NCBI GenBank assembly: GCA_018819225.1
Contig: JAHJQN010000008.1
Coordinates: 32,001-96,000 of the forward strand
Length of the DNA stretch: 64,000 nt
Direction of reading: 5' to 3'
From: Candidatus Micrarchaeota archaeon
GTDB taxonomy: Archaea; Micrarchaeota; Micrarchaeia; Norongarragalinales; SBBD01
Below are positions 48,759 to 59,086 of the stretch, piece by piece. The notes beneath the pieces are model-generated. The model did not search any database. It had not been told where the DNA came from and worked only from the letters and a program-made list of their open reading frames with translations. The translations under genes were made by a program, and so were the position numbers. The stretch's first letter is position 1, and every line of letters starts with the position of its first letter.

Positions 48759-50477
48759 CTATCGCTTGAAGAACACTTTTCCCCGTGTGAGCGGCCCGCG
48801 ATGATCATTGCGAATATCCAGAATAATCCAAAGCACGATACCGATGACGAGCGCGAACACCACTTGAGGAATAAACGCCTCCAGCTCCAACACCGCCACG
48901 ACGAACGGAAGCGACATGATGATGAGAAGCGTGCCAACGATGCGCGCCATACGCAAAATCGCGCTTTGCATCTTGCCCAACCCCATATGTCTAAGTGAAC
49001 GCGAGTGAACAAACGTCTTAAACTCGTATAATAACTCCACTAAAAGACGGTATCCTCCAAAGACGAGCAAAATGAGTGCAAACAGTTCTACGAGTCCAAA
49101 CAAGGGAATCGAGCTTCCGAAGAAATCGATAACATCGGACCCGAAAAGAAGCCATCCGAATGCCGCCAAACCAATGACCACGCTCAAAAATGCAATGTGA
49201 GGAAGCGTGCGTTCAAACATGCGTTCCATTCGCATGAACAACGGACCGCCGGGCTCGAAGAACTCGCACACCGCACATAAGTAATGTGAAATCACGCGAC
49301 CCGTCTTGCGGACCGGACGCGGCATGATACGATCGATCACGCGATGAACCGTGGAAACGCGGTCCAACGTAAAGGACGTCGAAAGGGAAGACAAGAAAAT
49401 GATCACGGACGTCACGCCCACCAGATCAAACGCACTCACGAGCGTAGAGCCTTCCTTCGCAATCAATAACGAGAACTCTCCCACGGAAAGCATGGCCATA
49501 CCCGAAAAAACCGCGGAACGGGCCGGAAAACCAAATAAGTACGAGCTCGTGCTCATGCCCACGAACTTAAACAAGAGATTTCCGAGCAATAAAATCGCGA
49601 TGATCCACAAGTCATTGTAAACGTTCGTGAAATTGACGAGCATACCCATGGAAATAAAGAATAAGGACGTAAACAGCACGGCAAACGGCGAAACGGCTTT
49701 CTCTAATATATCGCCGCGAGGAAGCGACGCGACCAAACTGCCTGCGAGAAAGGCTCCGGTAGCGGAATTGAGTCCGACCAGCTCGGCAATATAGCTTAAT
49801 CCGACCCCCAAACTTAATGCAGCGAACACCATGGATTCTTCTGCCCGATACGAAGTCAACCACTCGAATATCGGTTTCAATACACGGAGAAGAACGAGAT
49901 AGGCAATACCGAGAATGGCGAGCGAAAAAAGAATCGAGGCGAATAATTTAAGCGGAGTAAACGCGCCCGCACTTTTCACGCTTGAAACCACGGCCAGAAC
50001 GAATATCGCGAAAACGTCCTCGAAGATGAGCGTGGCGACGAGTATGGGAACCTCCTGCTTATTTATGAGCGATTTTTGTTCGAGAATACGTACCACGAAC
50101 GCGGTACTCGTGATAGCCAGAATCACGCCGACGAGAAGCGCCGTAAGCGTTTGGAGGCCCAACGCCAACGCCAACCAATAACTTAAGAAGAACACCATGG
50201 CCAGCTTGAACATGGCGATCAGCAAGACCTTGATGCCTAAACGCATGAGTTTCGAGACGCTGAATTGAACGCCGATGGTGAACAGGAGCAGCACGGCTCC
50301 TATCTCAGCGAAAAGATTCACGGTCTCCGATTGTGAAATGATGCCCATGGTATTGGGTCCGACCAACGCACCGATAAGCAGCAGACCCAACACGGCGGGT
50401 TGGCGAAACCGAATCGCCAGCATTCCTCCAATGGCCGCAAATAATATGAGTAAACCAATTTCCAGAAACGTACTCAT
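48759..50477 (-). CDS. Cation:proton antiporter (CPA2/KefB-like)
   Basis: EIGAVLLLFTIG, TSTA, LIFED, GAFLAG, GEFSL; start MSTFLE. Confidence 0.9.
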   Translation of the reverse strand: MSTFLEIGLLILFAAIGGMLAIRFRQPAVLGLLLIGALVGPNTMGIISQSETVNLFAEIGAVLLLFTIGVQFSVSKLMRLGIKVLLIAMFKLAMVFFLSYWLALALGLQTLTALLVGVILAITSTAFVVRILEQKSLINKQEVPILVATLIFEDVFAIFVLAVVSSVKSAGAFTPLKLFASILFSLAILGIAYLVLLRVLKPIFEWLTSYRAEESMVFAALSLGVGLSYIAELVGLNSATGAFLAGSLVASLPRGDILEKAVSPFAVLFTSLFFISMGMLVNFTNVYNDLWIIAILLLGNLLFKFVGMSTSSYLFGFPARSAVFSGMAMLSVGEFSLLIAKEGSTLVSAFDLVGVTSVIIFLSSLSTSFTLDRVSTVHRVIDRIMPRPVRKTGRVISHYLCAVCEFFEPGGPLFMRMERMFERTLPHIAFLSVVIGLAAFGWLLFGSDVIDFFGSSIPLFGLVELFALILLVFGGYRLLVELLYEFKTFVHSRSLRHMGLGKMQSAILRMARIVGTLLIIMSLPFVVAVLELEAFIPQVVFALVIGIVLWIILDIRNDHRGPLTRGKVFFKR

Positions 50478-50587
50478 GAATAAGCGCCTGACAAGAGGTA
50501 GGCTCCCATCGTATAAATAGTTATTCTCGAAACAGTGAAAGGCTTTTATACGTCCTCCAAGTAAAAGAAAAAAAGGTGTTTCCATTC

Positions 50588-50995
50588 ATGGCCAATAAAA
50601 AAACAAAGCTCACCAGGAGAACGCCTTCGAGCGCGTTTTCCGAAAAACAGAGAAATTCGAATTTATTGGGTGCGTTGGCTTACGTGCTGGGTGCCATTAC
50701 CGGCATCATCATGTATTTCGTCAGAAACAACGATCCGTTCGTACGCTTTCACGCCATTCAATCCATCATGTTCAGCGTCGCGGTCCTCATCCTGCACGTC
50801 GCGACCACCATGATATTGGGCGTCCTCACCATTCTCACGCTAGGCATCGGAATCATTCTCATCCCCATCATGTTCATCATCATCGGATTCGGTTCCTTCG
50901 TGGTCTGGATTTACGTGATGTACAAAGCCATACTCGGAGAAAAATACCGATTGCCCATTATTGGAGAGCTGGCGGACCGATATTCGGGCTCTTAA
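50588..50995 (+). CDS. DUF4870/Tic20-like membrane protein
   Basis: GALAY, DPFVRFHAIQS, YKAILGEKYRLPIIG. Confidence 0.85.
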   Translation: MANKKTKLTRRTPSSAFSEKQRNSNLLGALAYVLGAITGIIMYFVRNNDPFVRFHAIQSIMFSVAVLILHVATTMILGVLTILTLGIGIILIPIMFIIIGFGSFVVWIYVMYKAILGEKYRLPIIGELADRYSGS

Positions 50996-51037
50996 CGCCT
51001 CCAAGGATTTTTTAACCTCGGCCATTCATATTCCCAT

Positions 51038-52774
51038 ATGGAATTCGTTAAGCTGGCCGACGTATTCGAGAAGATGGAGCAGACCGCTTCCCGACTCCAG
51101 ATGACCGCCGACCTCGCCGAGCTGTTTAAAGAAACCCAACCAAAAGACATCGCGCACATCACCTACCTGTGCCAAGGCATTATCGCTCCCGAATTCACCG
51201 GCATTGAACTTGGAATGGGTGACAAGCTCACCGAACAAGCCATTGCACACGTCTCCGGAAAAAGCGTGAAAGAAATTGAAAAAGAGTACAAAAAACAAGG
51301 CGATTTGGGCATCACCGCGGAGCGAATGCTGGAAAAAAAAGCGCAGCAATTCCTGTCCAACCAATCACTCACAACGGAAAAAGTGCGCCAAAACGTGTAC
51401 CGCATTGCGACCACCGCGGGATCCGGTTCCCAGGATTTGAAAGTCAAACTATTAGCTGAATTACTAGCGAACGCGAAACCCCGCGAAGCGAAAGTGCTCG
51501 TGCGTTTCGTTCAAGGTCGGCTGCGACTCGGTATCGGAACCCCCACCATACTCGACGCGCTATCCGTGTACGCCGCTCATGATAAGAGCCTCCGGTCCAT
51601 TCTCGAACGCGCGTACAACATGCGTTCCGATCTCGGACTCGTCGCGCAACTCCTTTTCCAAAAGAAAATGAAAGAAATTGAATCCATGACTCCGCAAGTA
51701 TTTTCACCGATTCGACCCGCGCTCGCGGAACGACTGACGGACGCGGAACAAATCATTGAAAAAATCGGTTCCTGCCGCGTGGAAGGCAAGTACGACGGAT
51801 TTCGTTTGCAAGTTCACGTCAAAGGAAAGGACGTGAAACTGTTTTCCAGAAAACAGGAACCCATGACACCGATGTTTCCCGATATAGTGCAAGCCGTTCA
51901 ACACGAATTACACGTTAAAGAAGCCATCATCGAAGGAGAAGCGATTGCATACGATGAAGAACGACAGCGCTTCCTTCCATTTCAAGTCACGATTCAAAGG
52001 AGACGGAAGCACGGCATCAGTGAAAAAAGCCGGCAAATTCCTTTGAAACTTTTTGCTTTCGAACTGTTGTACGCGGATGGAATCGACTACACCATTGAAC
52101 CGTACGAAAAGCGGCATTTGGAACTGACTCGACGCATTCATTCCAACGCGAAAACCGTGCGCGTCGCCGAATCCAAGACCGTACACAACGCCCGCGAATT
52201 AAACTCGTTTTTTGAAAAATCCGTTGGCGACGGACTTGAAGGCGTTATGGCCAAAGATCCGAAGGCGCCGTACATTGCAGGGGCTCGAAAGTTCGCGTGG
52301 ATCAAACTAAAGAAATCGTACGGAAAACTGACCGATACGTTTGACCTCGTAGTCGTTGGATATTATAAAGGGAAAGGGAAACGCACGCCATTCGAGTTCG
52401 GGGGTTTGCTGGCGGCCGCTTACGACGACCAGAACAAGCGCTTCCGAACGCTGGCCCGCATCGGCACCGGATTCTCGGAAGAACAAATGAAGCAATTGCA
52501 TCACGAACTCGAAAAGAAGAAAACGAAATCAAGGCCCAACACAGTCGACTCAAACATCGAGCCCGACGTATGGGTTCAACCATCCATGGTCGTCGAAATA
52601 AATGCGGATGAAATCTCGCAGTCCCCCATGCATACCTGCGGAAAAAGCGGTTCAGGAGAAGGACTCGCGCTGCGTTTCCCGAGACTCGTTCAAATCCGAA
52701 AGGACAAGGAACCCGAAGATGCGACCACCGAAAGCGAAGTATTGGAAATGTTTGAAATGCAGCAACAACGGTGA
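51038..52774 (+). CDS. lig: ATP-dependent DNA ligase
   Basis: Motif I EGKYDGFR, EGE, FELLY, EGVMAK, WIKLK, LRFPR. Confidence 0.96.
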   Translation: MEFVKLADVFEKMEQTASRLQMTADLAELFKETQPKDIAHITYLCQGIIAPEFTGIELGMGDKLTEQAIAHVSGKSVKEIEKEYKKQGDLGITAERMLEKKAQQFLSNQSLTTEKVRQNVYRIATTAGSGSQDLKVKLLAELLANAKPREAKVLVRFVQGRLRLGIGTPTILDALSVYAAHDKSLRSILERAYNMRSDLGLVAQLLFQKKMKEIESMTPQVFSPIRPALAERLTDAEQIIEKIGSCRVEGKYDGFRLQVHVKGKDVKLFSRKQEPMTPMFPDIVQAVQHELHVKEAIIEGEAIAYDEERQRFLPFQVTIQRRRKHGISEKSRQIPLKLFAFELLYADGIDYTIEPYEKRHLELTRRIHSNAKTVRVAESKTVHNARELNSFFEKSVGDGLEGVMAKDPKAPYIAGARKFAWIKLKKSYGKLTDTFDLVVVGYYKGKGKRTPFEFGGLLAAAYDDQNKRFRTLARIGTGFSEEQMKQLHHELEKKKTKSRPNTVDSNIEPDVWVQPSMVVEINADEISQSPMHTCGKSGSGEGLALRFPRLVQIRKDKEPEDATTESEVLEMFEMQQQR

Positions 52775-53229
52775 AAATCATGCCGGAACAACTCCAACTC
52801 AAGTGGAAAGGGATTCGCTGGCCAAAGAAAGCGAGTTGGGGAACCTTCGATGTAGCTCTTGAAAATCCGCGAGGAGAAGTTCGGGCAAAATACACGATTC
52901 CCCTACCATCCGTCGAAGAAGGACGCATTCGATTTTTGGATCGCGAAGCGTCTTGGGGGCATATTCAATCCTTTCCTCCAAGGCAGGGGCATGGAAGGGC
53001 GTTGATGAGTCGAATGAGGCGCGTTTTTGAACAACTCGCTCACGAACATAGCGCAACAGTAGAGCATCTTCCCACAGGATCCCGAAAAATTTTCATGAGA
53101 ATGGCAGATTATCCTATAAGGGGTCCAAAAGAGTATTATCCCCGCGTACATCCGTTAACAAATACCGAGCGCTTCATCGTGCAACAGCTCCGGGAACACC
53201 TCCGAAAACAACTCGACAAGGCCGCGTAA
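52771..53229 (+). CDS. Hypothetical protein, possible GNAT-like fold
   Basis: RQGHGRALM resembles the acetyl-CoA-binding motif; start overlaps the ligase stop. Confidence 0.5.
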   Translation: MKIMPEQLQLKWKGIRWPKKASWGTFDVALENPRGEVRAKYTIPLPSVEEGRIRFLDREASWGHIQSFPPRQGHGRALMSRMRRVFEQLAHEHSATVEHLPTGSRKIFMRMADYPIRGPKEYYPRVHPLTNTERFIVQQLREHLRKQLDKAA

Positions 53230-53430
53230 CTATTTCTTAAATAGTTTGTGGACGAGCCACGACACCAACGCGAAGAACAATACGACGACCAAAGCGATGT
53301 TTTGCCTAACCACGTCCGGATAATACGCTCCCACCGCAAGACCGAACAGGATGCTCGACCACTTTAAAACGGCAAGATCCCAGAAGTTCAGTTTCTTCAC
53401 TCGTCCAATATACCATTTCATGAATCCCAT
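53230..53430 (-). CDS. Small 2-TM membrane protein
   Basis: KKLNFWDLAVLKWS...GAYYP; GGGGTGA SD before MGFMKW. Confidence 0.7.
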   Translation of the reverse strand: MGFMKWYIGRVKKLNFWDLAVLKWSSILFGLAVGAYYPDVVRQNIALVVVLFFALVSWLVHKLFKK

Positions 53431-53437
53431 TGTTCCA

Positions 53438-54208
53438 TCACCCCTTTTCCACAACCATTAACCTATAGGCTTCAAGAACATCGCTGACCTCCGTCACTTT
53501 CATCCCCGTCTCCGATGCCACATCAATAACGACGCGTTGAGTCGTACACGTTTGATAATACGTGTCATCAATGACCTCATTTTGACACACCTGCTTGTTT
53601 TGGGGCTGCAATTTTTCTCCTACAGGAACCAGAATCTCTGAAAACCCCGATTCCCGAGCAACCAGCGCCTTCTCCAGGATGCGCCCGACACGTCCAATGG
53701 AACCATCCGGGGAAACCGACCCCGTAATCAACACGTCATCGCGCAACGATTCCCCGCGAAACAACGCCAGCGTGCCAACAGCCATGGCCGCTCCCGCAGA
53801 TTCCCCTCCGACCACCTCCGAATCCGCAGACAAAGAAAAATACAAGTCGTACGATGAGATGGCGCTCACGCCCGAAAGCTGTTTTCCGACGTCTAACGCG
53901 GTTCGCAAAGAATACTGAGTATCCGGATTCGTCAACGGATTTCGTTCATCAAACTGGTAATACACATTGCCTTCCCCGTTCGTCAAGCGCAGTTCCAGGA
54001 CAGCCAGCGCCCCAACCCCGCTTCGCGACACCGCTGGAAGCGGCATGCGCACAAACGAAATCGGTTCGGGTGAAGGCGCGGGTTCATTCGAATTAAAGAG
54101 AACCGGCCCGCCATCCGTTCTTTGCAAGAATGCACCAGCCATCTCGTAACCGACCAGCATGGCCAACAACACGCTCGCGACCAGCACAAGTGCAGCCACG
54201 TGTTTCAT
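53438..54208 (-). CDS. Membrane-anchored S16 (Lon-C-like) serine protease without ATPase domain
   Basis: VGGESAGAA (Ser), ITGSVSPDGSIGRVGRILEK (Lys). Confidence 0.88.
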   Translation of the reverse strand: MKHVAALVLVASVLLAMLVGYEMAGAFLQRTDGGPVLFNSNEPAPSPEPISFVRMPLPAVSRSGVGALAVLELRLTNGEGNVYYQFDERNPLTNPDTQYSLRTALDVGKQLSGVSAISSYDLYFSLSADSEVVGGESAGAAMAVGTLALFRGESLRDDVLITGSVSPDGSIGRVGRILEKALVARESGFSEILVPVGEKLQPQNKQVCQNEVIDDTYYQTCTTQRVVIDVASETGMKVTEVSDVLEAYRLMVVEKG

Positions 54209-54338
54209 AAGTCACCAAAGGCCGAAGCGCTTTATATCTATTCCGCCGAATCCTCAAAGAACATCCGCATCAAATGAAAGCGCTTGAGACGGAACAGAGA
54301 AGCGGCTAAAAATCAATGGATCGTCGATTTCATTGGCA

Positions 54339-54746
54339 TTAGAGCTTTCCTAAAAAGACGCAGTACCATAGTCCGAGCACGAGCGCGGAATCAATGAACC
54401 ACAACGATACGTGAACGATTTCAAAATACGGGAACACGTAAAAGAACACCAGAATGGTCAGCCATAAACGCGCCAAATTGAAAAGCAACAGAAACGGGGT
54501 TAAGAGAACAAGCGCTTTCCAGCGTTTACGTTCCGGAATCGGAGTCGACCATAACAAGGCCGCGAGCAAAATCACCATCACGAAACCCGAGCATTCCGCA
54601 ACGATGTGCACCACGTAATGACCGAACTGCAACGACGAACCGTCTTGCGTGACATAGGTACCCACGTGCCCGAGCATATCGCGCTGGATGGAAGCAATCG
54701 CTTGCGTGAGAAACGATAAGTCTAATGCAATCAGAACAAGGAACAA
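54339..54746 (-). CDS. Archaeosortase/exosortase family protein (true start uncertain, probably further upstream)
   Basis: IVAECSG (Cys), FNLARL (Arg), IVH (His); frame stays open upstream (…RPDEKKFFVNFLAIFFA) without an ATG. Confidence 0.75.
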   Translation of the reverse strand: MFLVLIALDLSFLTQAIASIQRDMLGHVGTYVTQDGSSLQFGHYVVHIVAECSGFVMVILLAALLWSTPIPERKRWKALVLLTPFLLLFNLARLWLTILVFFYVFPYFEIVHVSLWFIDSALVLGLWYCVFLGKL

Positions 54747-54819
54747 TGCGAAAAAAATCGCCAGAAAATTAACGAAAAACTTCTTTTCATCCGGGCGAAT
54801 GAACGGAATCAGAAGCGCA

Positions 54820-55332
54820 TCACCAAGGAACGCGTTTCAAGTTCAATCGATGCGCCAGAATATTCAATAACACATGCAAAATGAACGTCAACAGGAACAA
54901 GTAAATGATTTCCGAATAAGATGGAATAAACACGAGGGAAGAAAACGCGAGTGCCATCACTAAAAACAGCAGTTGATCCGTGAGGAAGAAGGGCTCGCCG
55001 GGCTTCAAGTTCATGCGGCGCTTGATAAAGCTGCCGAGCAAGTCCCCGAACAAGGTCCCGGAAGCCAGTAGAAAAGCCACCCAAATTTTCAGTCGAAAGG
55101 ACAAAAAAGGGAGAAACATATTCGGCAGTAAGTAGGCGAGTAAGACGCCAGCGAACATCCCAGCGGCCAAACCCGCGCCTAACCCGCGCAACGTCTTGCT
55201 ATTCCCCAGCAAACGATTTCCGTCAGGCAAATGTCGTTTAAAATCAATGGGTGCGCCCCCTCCAAACAATACGGGCGCACTATTGGCCACGTACGCAGGA
55301 AAGATATACAGGATTAGGGAAACCAGATCCAT
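54820..55332 (-). CDS. carS: CDP-archaeol synthase
   Basis: PAYVANSAPV, PIDF, GNSKTLRG, GDLLGSFIKRR, DQL, LKRVPW. Confidence 0.93.
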   Translation of the reverse strand: MDLVSLILYIFPAYVANSAPVLFGGGAPIDFKRHLPDGNRLLGNSKTLRGLGAGLAAGMFAGVLLAYLLPNMFLPFLSFRLKIWVAFLLASGTLFGDLLGSFIKRRMNLKPGEPFFLTDQLLFLVMALAFSSLVFIPSYSEIIYLFLLTFILHVLLNILAHRLNLKRVPW

Positions 55333-55418
55333 CTCGACTCCTCAAAAAATACGCGTCCTCCTTCACGCGATATAGCGAACAGAAAGCTATATTAAAACGT
55401 TTTCGCATACCCGCATAC

Positions 55419-57548
55419 ATGAATGCTCGCCTGAAGGTTCCGGGACTCGCCAGTCTCCTCATCCTACTCTTATTTTCGACTCCCGCATTCGCAACGTGCA
55501 CGTTCCTTGAAGTCGACGCCATTACCTCGTTAGCGGTTCAACAAGGCGTGCAAGCCGTATTTCCAATCACGATCCGGCACAACGGCGCCAACCAACAACC
55601 CGTATATATTTCAGCCCAAAACCCTGACCGACTCCCCCTCCAATTCGACGAAAGCGCTTATGTACTCACACCCGGTGAAGAAAAAACATTTAACCTCATC
55701 ATCGAAACGGAAACCGTCGGAGTCGGAGAATATGAAATCCCTATTGAAATTTCCGCCGATGAAGGATACGGATCATGCTATGAATACGAAACCATTCAAC
55801 TCGCTGTTGAAACGAGCTCGACGCCGACTCCCGAACCCCTTGATTCCGTGGCCATGTCCATTGATCCCAAGGAAGCTCGCCAAGTTTTCCCAGGAGAAAT
55901 CCTTTCCTACGATATTCGCGTACACAATAATTACAATGAAGAAATCATCGTCGAACTCGATGCGCCGGATAATCCATTCTCGTCGAGCACATCGTTCGCC
56001 GAGAAAGTCTTCCGGATCCCCGCCCGATCCAGTAAAGTGGTCCGGGTACGCGTCACGATTCCACCCGGAACCCCCGGTAGCATCTACGACCTCGTTTTTA
56101 GAGCCGAAGTGAACACGGCGTGTTGCATCCAAGAACTCATTGTTCCTGCGAGCATCAGCGTGTTCGGAGAAAATGCACGACTGTCAGTATTCCGCGAACC
56201 TTACGGATGCGTATCCGTGAAACAAGGCGAAACGTACAACATGGAGCTCGGAATCCAAAACGATGGCGGAGTGCGGGGGCCGTACACGATGGAAGTTCTC
56301 GGAGAACCCGAAAGCACTCGAAACGTGCAACTCCAGGTCCGACGCTTTGAATTGATGGAAGGGGAGCGTACCTACGTGAACGTCAGTATACGGCCTCCCG
56401 AGAACGAGCCTCAAGAAATCAAATTCTTTACGCTTCGAATCCGATACCTGGACTTCTCCATGTACGAAACCGCATTCTGTTACCGCGTTCAAGGAACCAA
56501 AGACATCGAAATCGAAAAACCCGTTGAAATCAACGCGAAAAGATGTTCCACGGAAAGCTTCGAATTCTCATTAAAAAACATTGGTTCGCTCGAGGACACG
56601 TACGCCATTGAAACCCGACCCATGCGAGGAGCCTCCGTATTCGTCGACCCTCAAACATTTACGTTACGTCCCAGTGAACGTCAACGGGCTAGCGTTGTAC
56701 TCGGCGTATCTTGTCTCGCACCCTTGGGATTGCAGAATCTGGAAGCCCGCATCATTGGAAGCGAGTTTACTCGAAGTGAACTATTCGAAGTCCGCATCGC
56801 GCCCAACGAGACGCGTCAATTGTTCCTCAAACTAACGGCTCCCAAAACCGTCCGTGTTGTGGAAGGTATTCCCACCGAGTTCACGGTCTCCGTGTTCAAC
56901 ACGCTCAGTGTTCCGGTGGACGGAACGTTCATTTCTATCGAAGGCATTCCAGATGAATGGGTGGAGATTGAAGGCGCTAAAACCATTCGAAGCGCCTCGA
57001 CCGCACAGTATAAAGTACGCGTCCACACCGAAATTACAGGGGACTTCCCCATTTCCATTATCGCAGCCAGTGGACTCGAGAAAAGCCGCGTTTCCTCAAC
57101 GCTGCTGATTGAACCGCAAGTCCAACAACTCGACTACGCGTACCAGACTGATTTCGCGGAACTCGACGGAGAAGTACAAGAAGTTCGCGTGTTCCTCACG
57201 GTAACCAATCTAGGTAACGTCGTACTCAACGATATTCTCGTATCCACTTCCGCGGAAGACGTGAACGTCATCCCCATCGAAAACATTGCATCTTTGGCTC
57301 CCGGAGAAAGCCGGAGCATTAACGCCGTCGTCCGCCCATTACAGGATACGAGCGAGAAACTGATTCCATTACGTTTGAAGAGTACGGAAGGCGCCGTTCA
57401 AACGAAGAGTATTGCGCTTCCTGCGCTCCGACGCGCAGACGAAACGACGCCATTCGATTTCCCGTGGAAAATCGTTGCCATCATCGTAGTCCTCGTACTC
57501 ATTTTCGCTGTTCTCGCGAAAAGCGATGACGGCGCCGTGCAAGTATAA
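55419..57548 (+). CDS. Large secreted surface protein with tandem Ig-like (CARDB/NPCBM-associated-like) modules and C-terminal TM anchor
   Basis: Signal peptide ending PAFA; repeats such as LTPGEEK, LRPSERQ, LAPGESR, N.G; C-terminal TM. Confidence 0.8.
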   Translation: MNARLKVPGLASLLILLLFSTPAFATCTFLEVDAITSLAVQQGVQAVFPITIRHNGANQQPVYISAQNPDRLPLQFDESAYVLTPGEEKTFNLIIETETVGVGEYEIPIEISADEGYGSCYEYETIQLAVETSSTPTPEPLDSVAMSIDPKEARQVFPGEILSYDIRVHNNYNEEIIVELDAPDNPFSSSTSFAEKVFRIPARSSKVVRVRVTIPPGTPGSIYDLVFRAEVNTACCIQELIVPASISVFGENARLSVFREPYGCVSVKQGETYNMELGIQNDGGVRGPYTMEVLGEPESTRNVQLQVRRFELMEGERTYVNVSIRPPENEPQEIKFFTLRIRYLDFSMYETAFCYRVQGTKDIEIEKPVEINAKRCSTESFEFSLKNIGSLEDTYAIETRPMRGASVFVDPQTFTLRPSERQRASVVLGVSCLAPLGLQNLEARIIGSEFTRSELFEVRIAPNETRQLFLKLTAPKTVRVVEGIPTEFTVSVFNTLSVPVDGTFISIEGIPDEWVEIEGAKTIRSASTAQYKVRVHTEITGDFPISIIAASGLEKSRVSSTLLIEPQVQQLDYAYQTDFAELDGEVQEVRVFLTVTNLGNVVLNDILVSTSAEDVNVIPIENIASLAPGESRSINAVVRPLQDTSEKLIPLRLKSTEGAVQTKSIALPALRRADETTPFDFPWKIVAIIVVLVLIFAVLAKSDDGAVQV

Positions 57549-57667
57549 ATAAAACCATCGTTTTCAAGCGATGAACGTATTAACGTTAAAATCCCTGAGG
57601 CGCACGGGAGGCATGCTCAGGGCTATTACATCGCATTCGAATCAACGGATGAAACCATTTGGCGTCA

Positions 57668-58729
57668 TTATATTTTACGAACGACACCGTTGTTCGCGTC
57701 CACTTCCACGCGATCCCCATTCTTGAAAAAAGTCGTTGCTTTTTCCGTACCCGTAATGCATGGTATTCGCAGCTCGCGCGCAACAATGGCGGCATGGCAA
57801 AGCATGCCTCCCGCATCCGTGACAATCGCCGATGCTTTTTTCATGAGCATCAGAAAACTCGGACGCGTCATCCCCGTAATCAATACATCGCCTTCCTTGA
57901 AACCCGTCGCTTGACTCGGATCGAGAACGATCGAGACCCGTCCTTGCGCAACCCCTTTGTATGCGGGCGTACCCGCCAACTCATCCACGTTCCCCGAATG
58001 GCTCAGAATCGCCTGCTCCAGCAAATCCACTTCCGGGCCGGAAACGACTTCATAACGACCCTTCTTGAAAAGCAATGCCGATCCCTTAAAGCGTTCCTCG
58101 AGGAGCGAAGAAGAAGGAAGCGAATGGTTTTCAAAATAGGTTTCCAGTTCGTCTTTCGTCAGACATAAAATGAGATGCAGCGGCACGCGCTCGTTACGTG
58201 CGATCGATTGAACAAACGATTGCATATACTGCTCCGTTTCCGCGTAGACGCTCTCCGAATGCTTCCGGGCATCCTCAAACAAAGAAAAGGCCTTATGAAG
58301 TTCCACAGGAGGCAGAAAATCGACGGTTCGCTTAACGGCTAAATGCGGGCCCACGTACGCATAAAATAGATTCAAGAAATCGTGAAATGCATCCGGAGAG
58401 ATCGTTGAAGCGTCCTGAGATTGCATGAATTCGCGAATGCGATCCGTTTCCTTTTTCAAGTCCCTGCACACCGCTTGAACCAAGGATTCGTTCGAACGAA
58501 TCATGGACGCCAGCGACTCGCCAAACACCCTCAACTCATTCTTCTCAATATAACAATAACTGTAGCCGTCCCGCGAAATGAACACCGCCTGATTCAGACG
58601 CGTTCCCGCCGGATTGATCATGGTTTCAGTATACTGATGCCCAAAATAAGAGCAGGTCCAAAGGCTCCAACTGCCCGCCCAATGCTTAACCCATTGAGAA
58701 GACGCTAAATCAGCGATGGAAATGGTCAT
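57668..58729 (-). CDS. Protein with C-terminal PEP-utilising mobile domain
   Basis: GDVLITGMTRP, TDAGGMLCHAAIVARELRIPC, GDRVEVDANNG. Confidence 0.85.
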   Translation of the reverse strand: MTISIADLASSQWVKHWAGSWSLWTCSYFGHQYTETMINPAGTRLNQAVFISRDGYSYCYIEKNELRVFGESLASMIRSNESLVQAVCRDLKKETDRIREFMQSQDASTISPDAFHDFLNLFYAYVGPHLAVKRTVDFLPPVELHKAFSLFEDARKHSESVYAETEQYMQSFVQSIARNERVPLHLILCLTKDELETYFENHSLPSSSLLEERFKGSALLFKKGRYEVVSGPEVDLLEQAILSHSGNVDELAGTPAYKGVAQGRVSIVLDPSQATGFKEGDVLITGMTRPSFLMLMKKASAIVTDAGGMLCHAAIVARELRIPCITGTEKATTFFKNGDRVEVDANNGVVRKI

Positions 58730-58782
58730 GCAATTAAAAGGACCGCAGGAAATAAAAAAGAATAAGGAAAAAACAAAAAAGG

Positions 58783-59001
58783 TTATTTACTTTTCTCAGC
58801 GACTTTCCCGATCCAAATGATCGCAAAGACGGCGATAACGGTCACTACGACGGCGTATATGAACATCGGAACCAGCGAATCCGCCTTCCCGAAAACCTCG
58901 GCAAACAATGCTTGAATGGCCCCATTCCATGCGAGTGCAGCGACCAGTCCAAACGCAGCCGTCATCAAGGCGGCAATCTTCTCAACCACTTCTTTCTGCA
59001 T
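58783..59001 (-). CDS. DUF5654-like small membrane protein
   Basis: LMTAAFGLVAALAWNGAI...YAVVVT; GGGGTGA SD. Confidence 0.8.
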   Translation of the reverse strand: MQKEVVEKIAALMTAAFGLVAALAWNGAIQALFAEVFGKADSLVPMFIYAVVVTVIAVFAIIWIGKVAEKSK

Positions 59002-59086
59002 CCCATCACCCCCACCGTATTCGCAGTTCGTATTACCCGTGCGATTACAAATGCACGAGTTGGAAACGCGTTTATTCTCGGTTCAC

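Noticed and set aside
57594-57624. CCCTGAG...CTCAGGG hairpin as an ncRNA
   Set aside because: A single 7-bp stem between convergent genes, adequately explained as a terminator-region structure.
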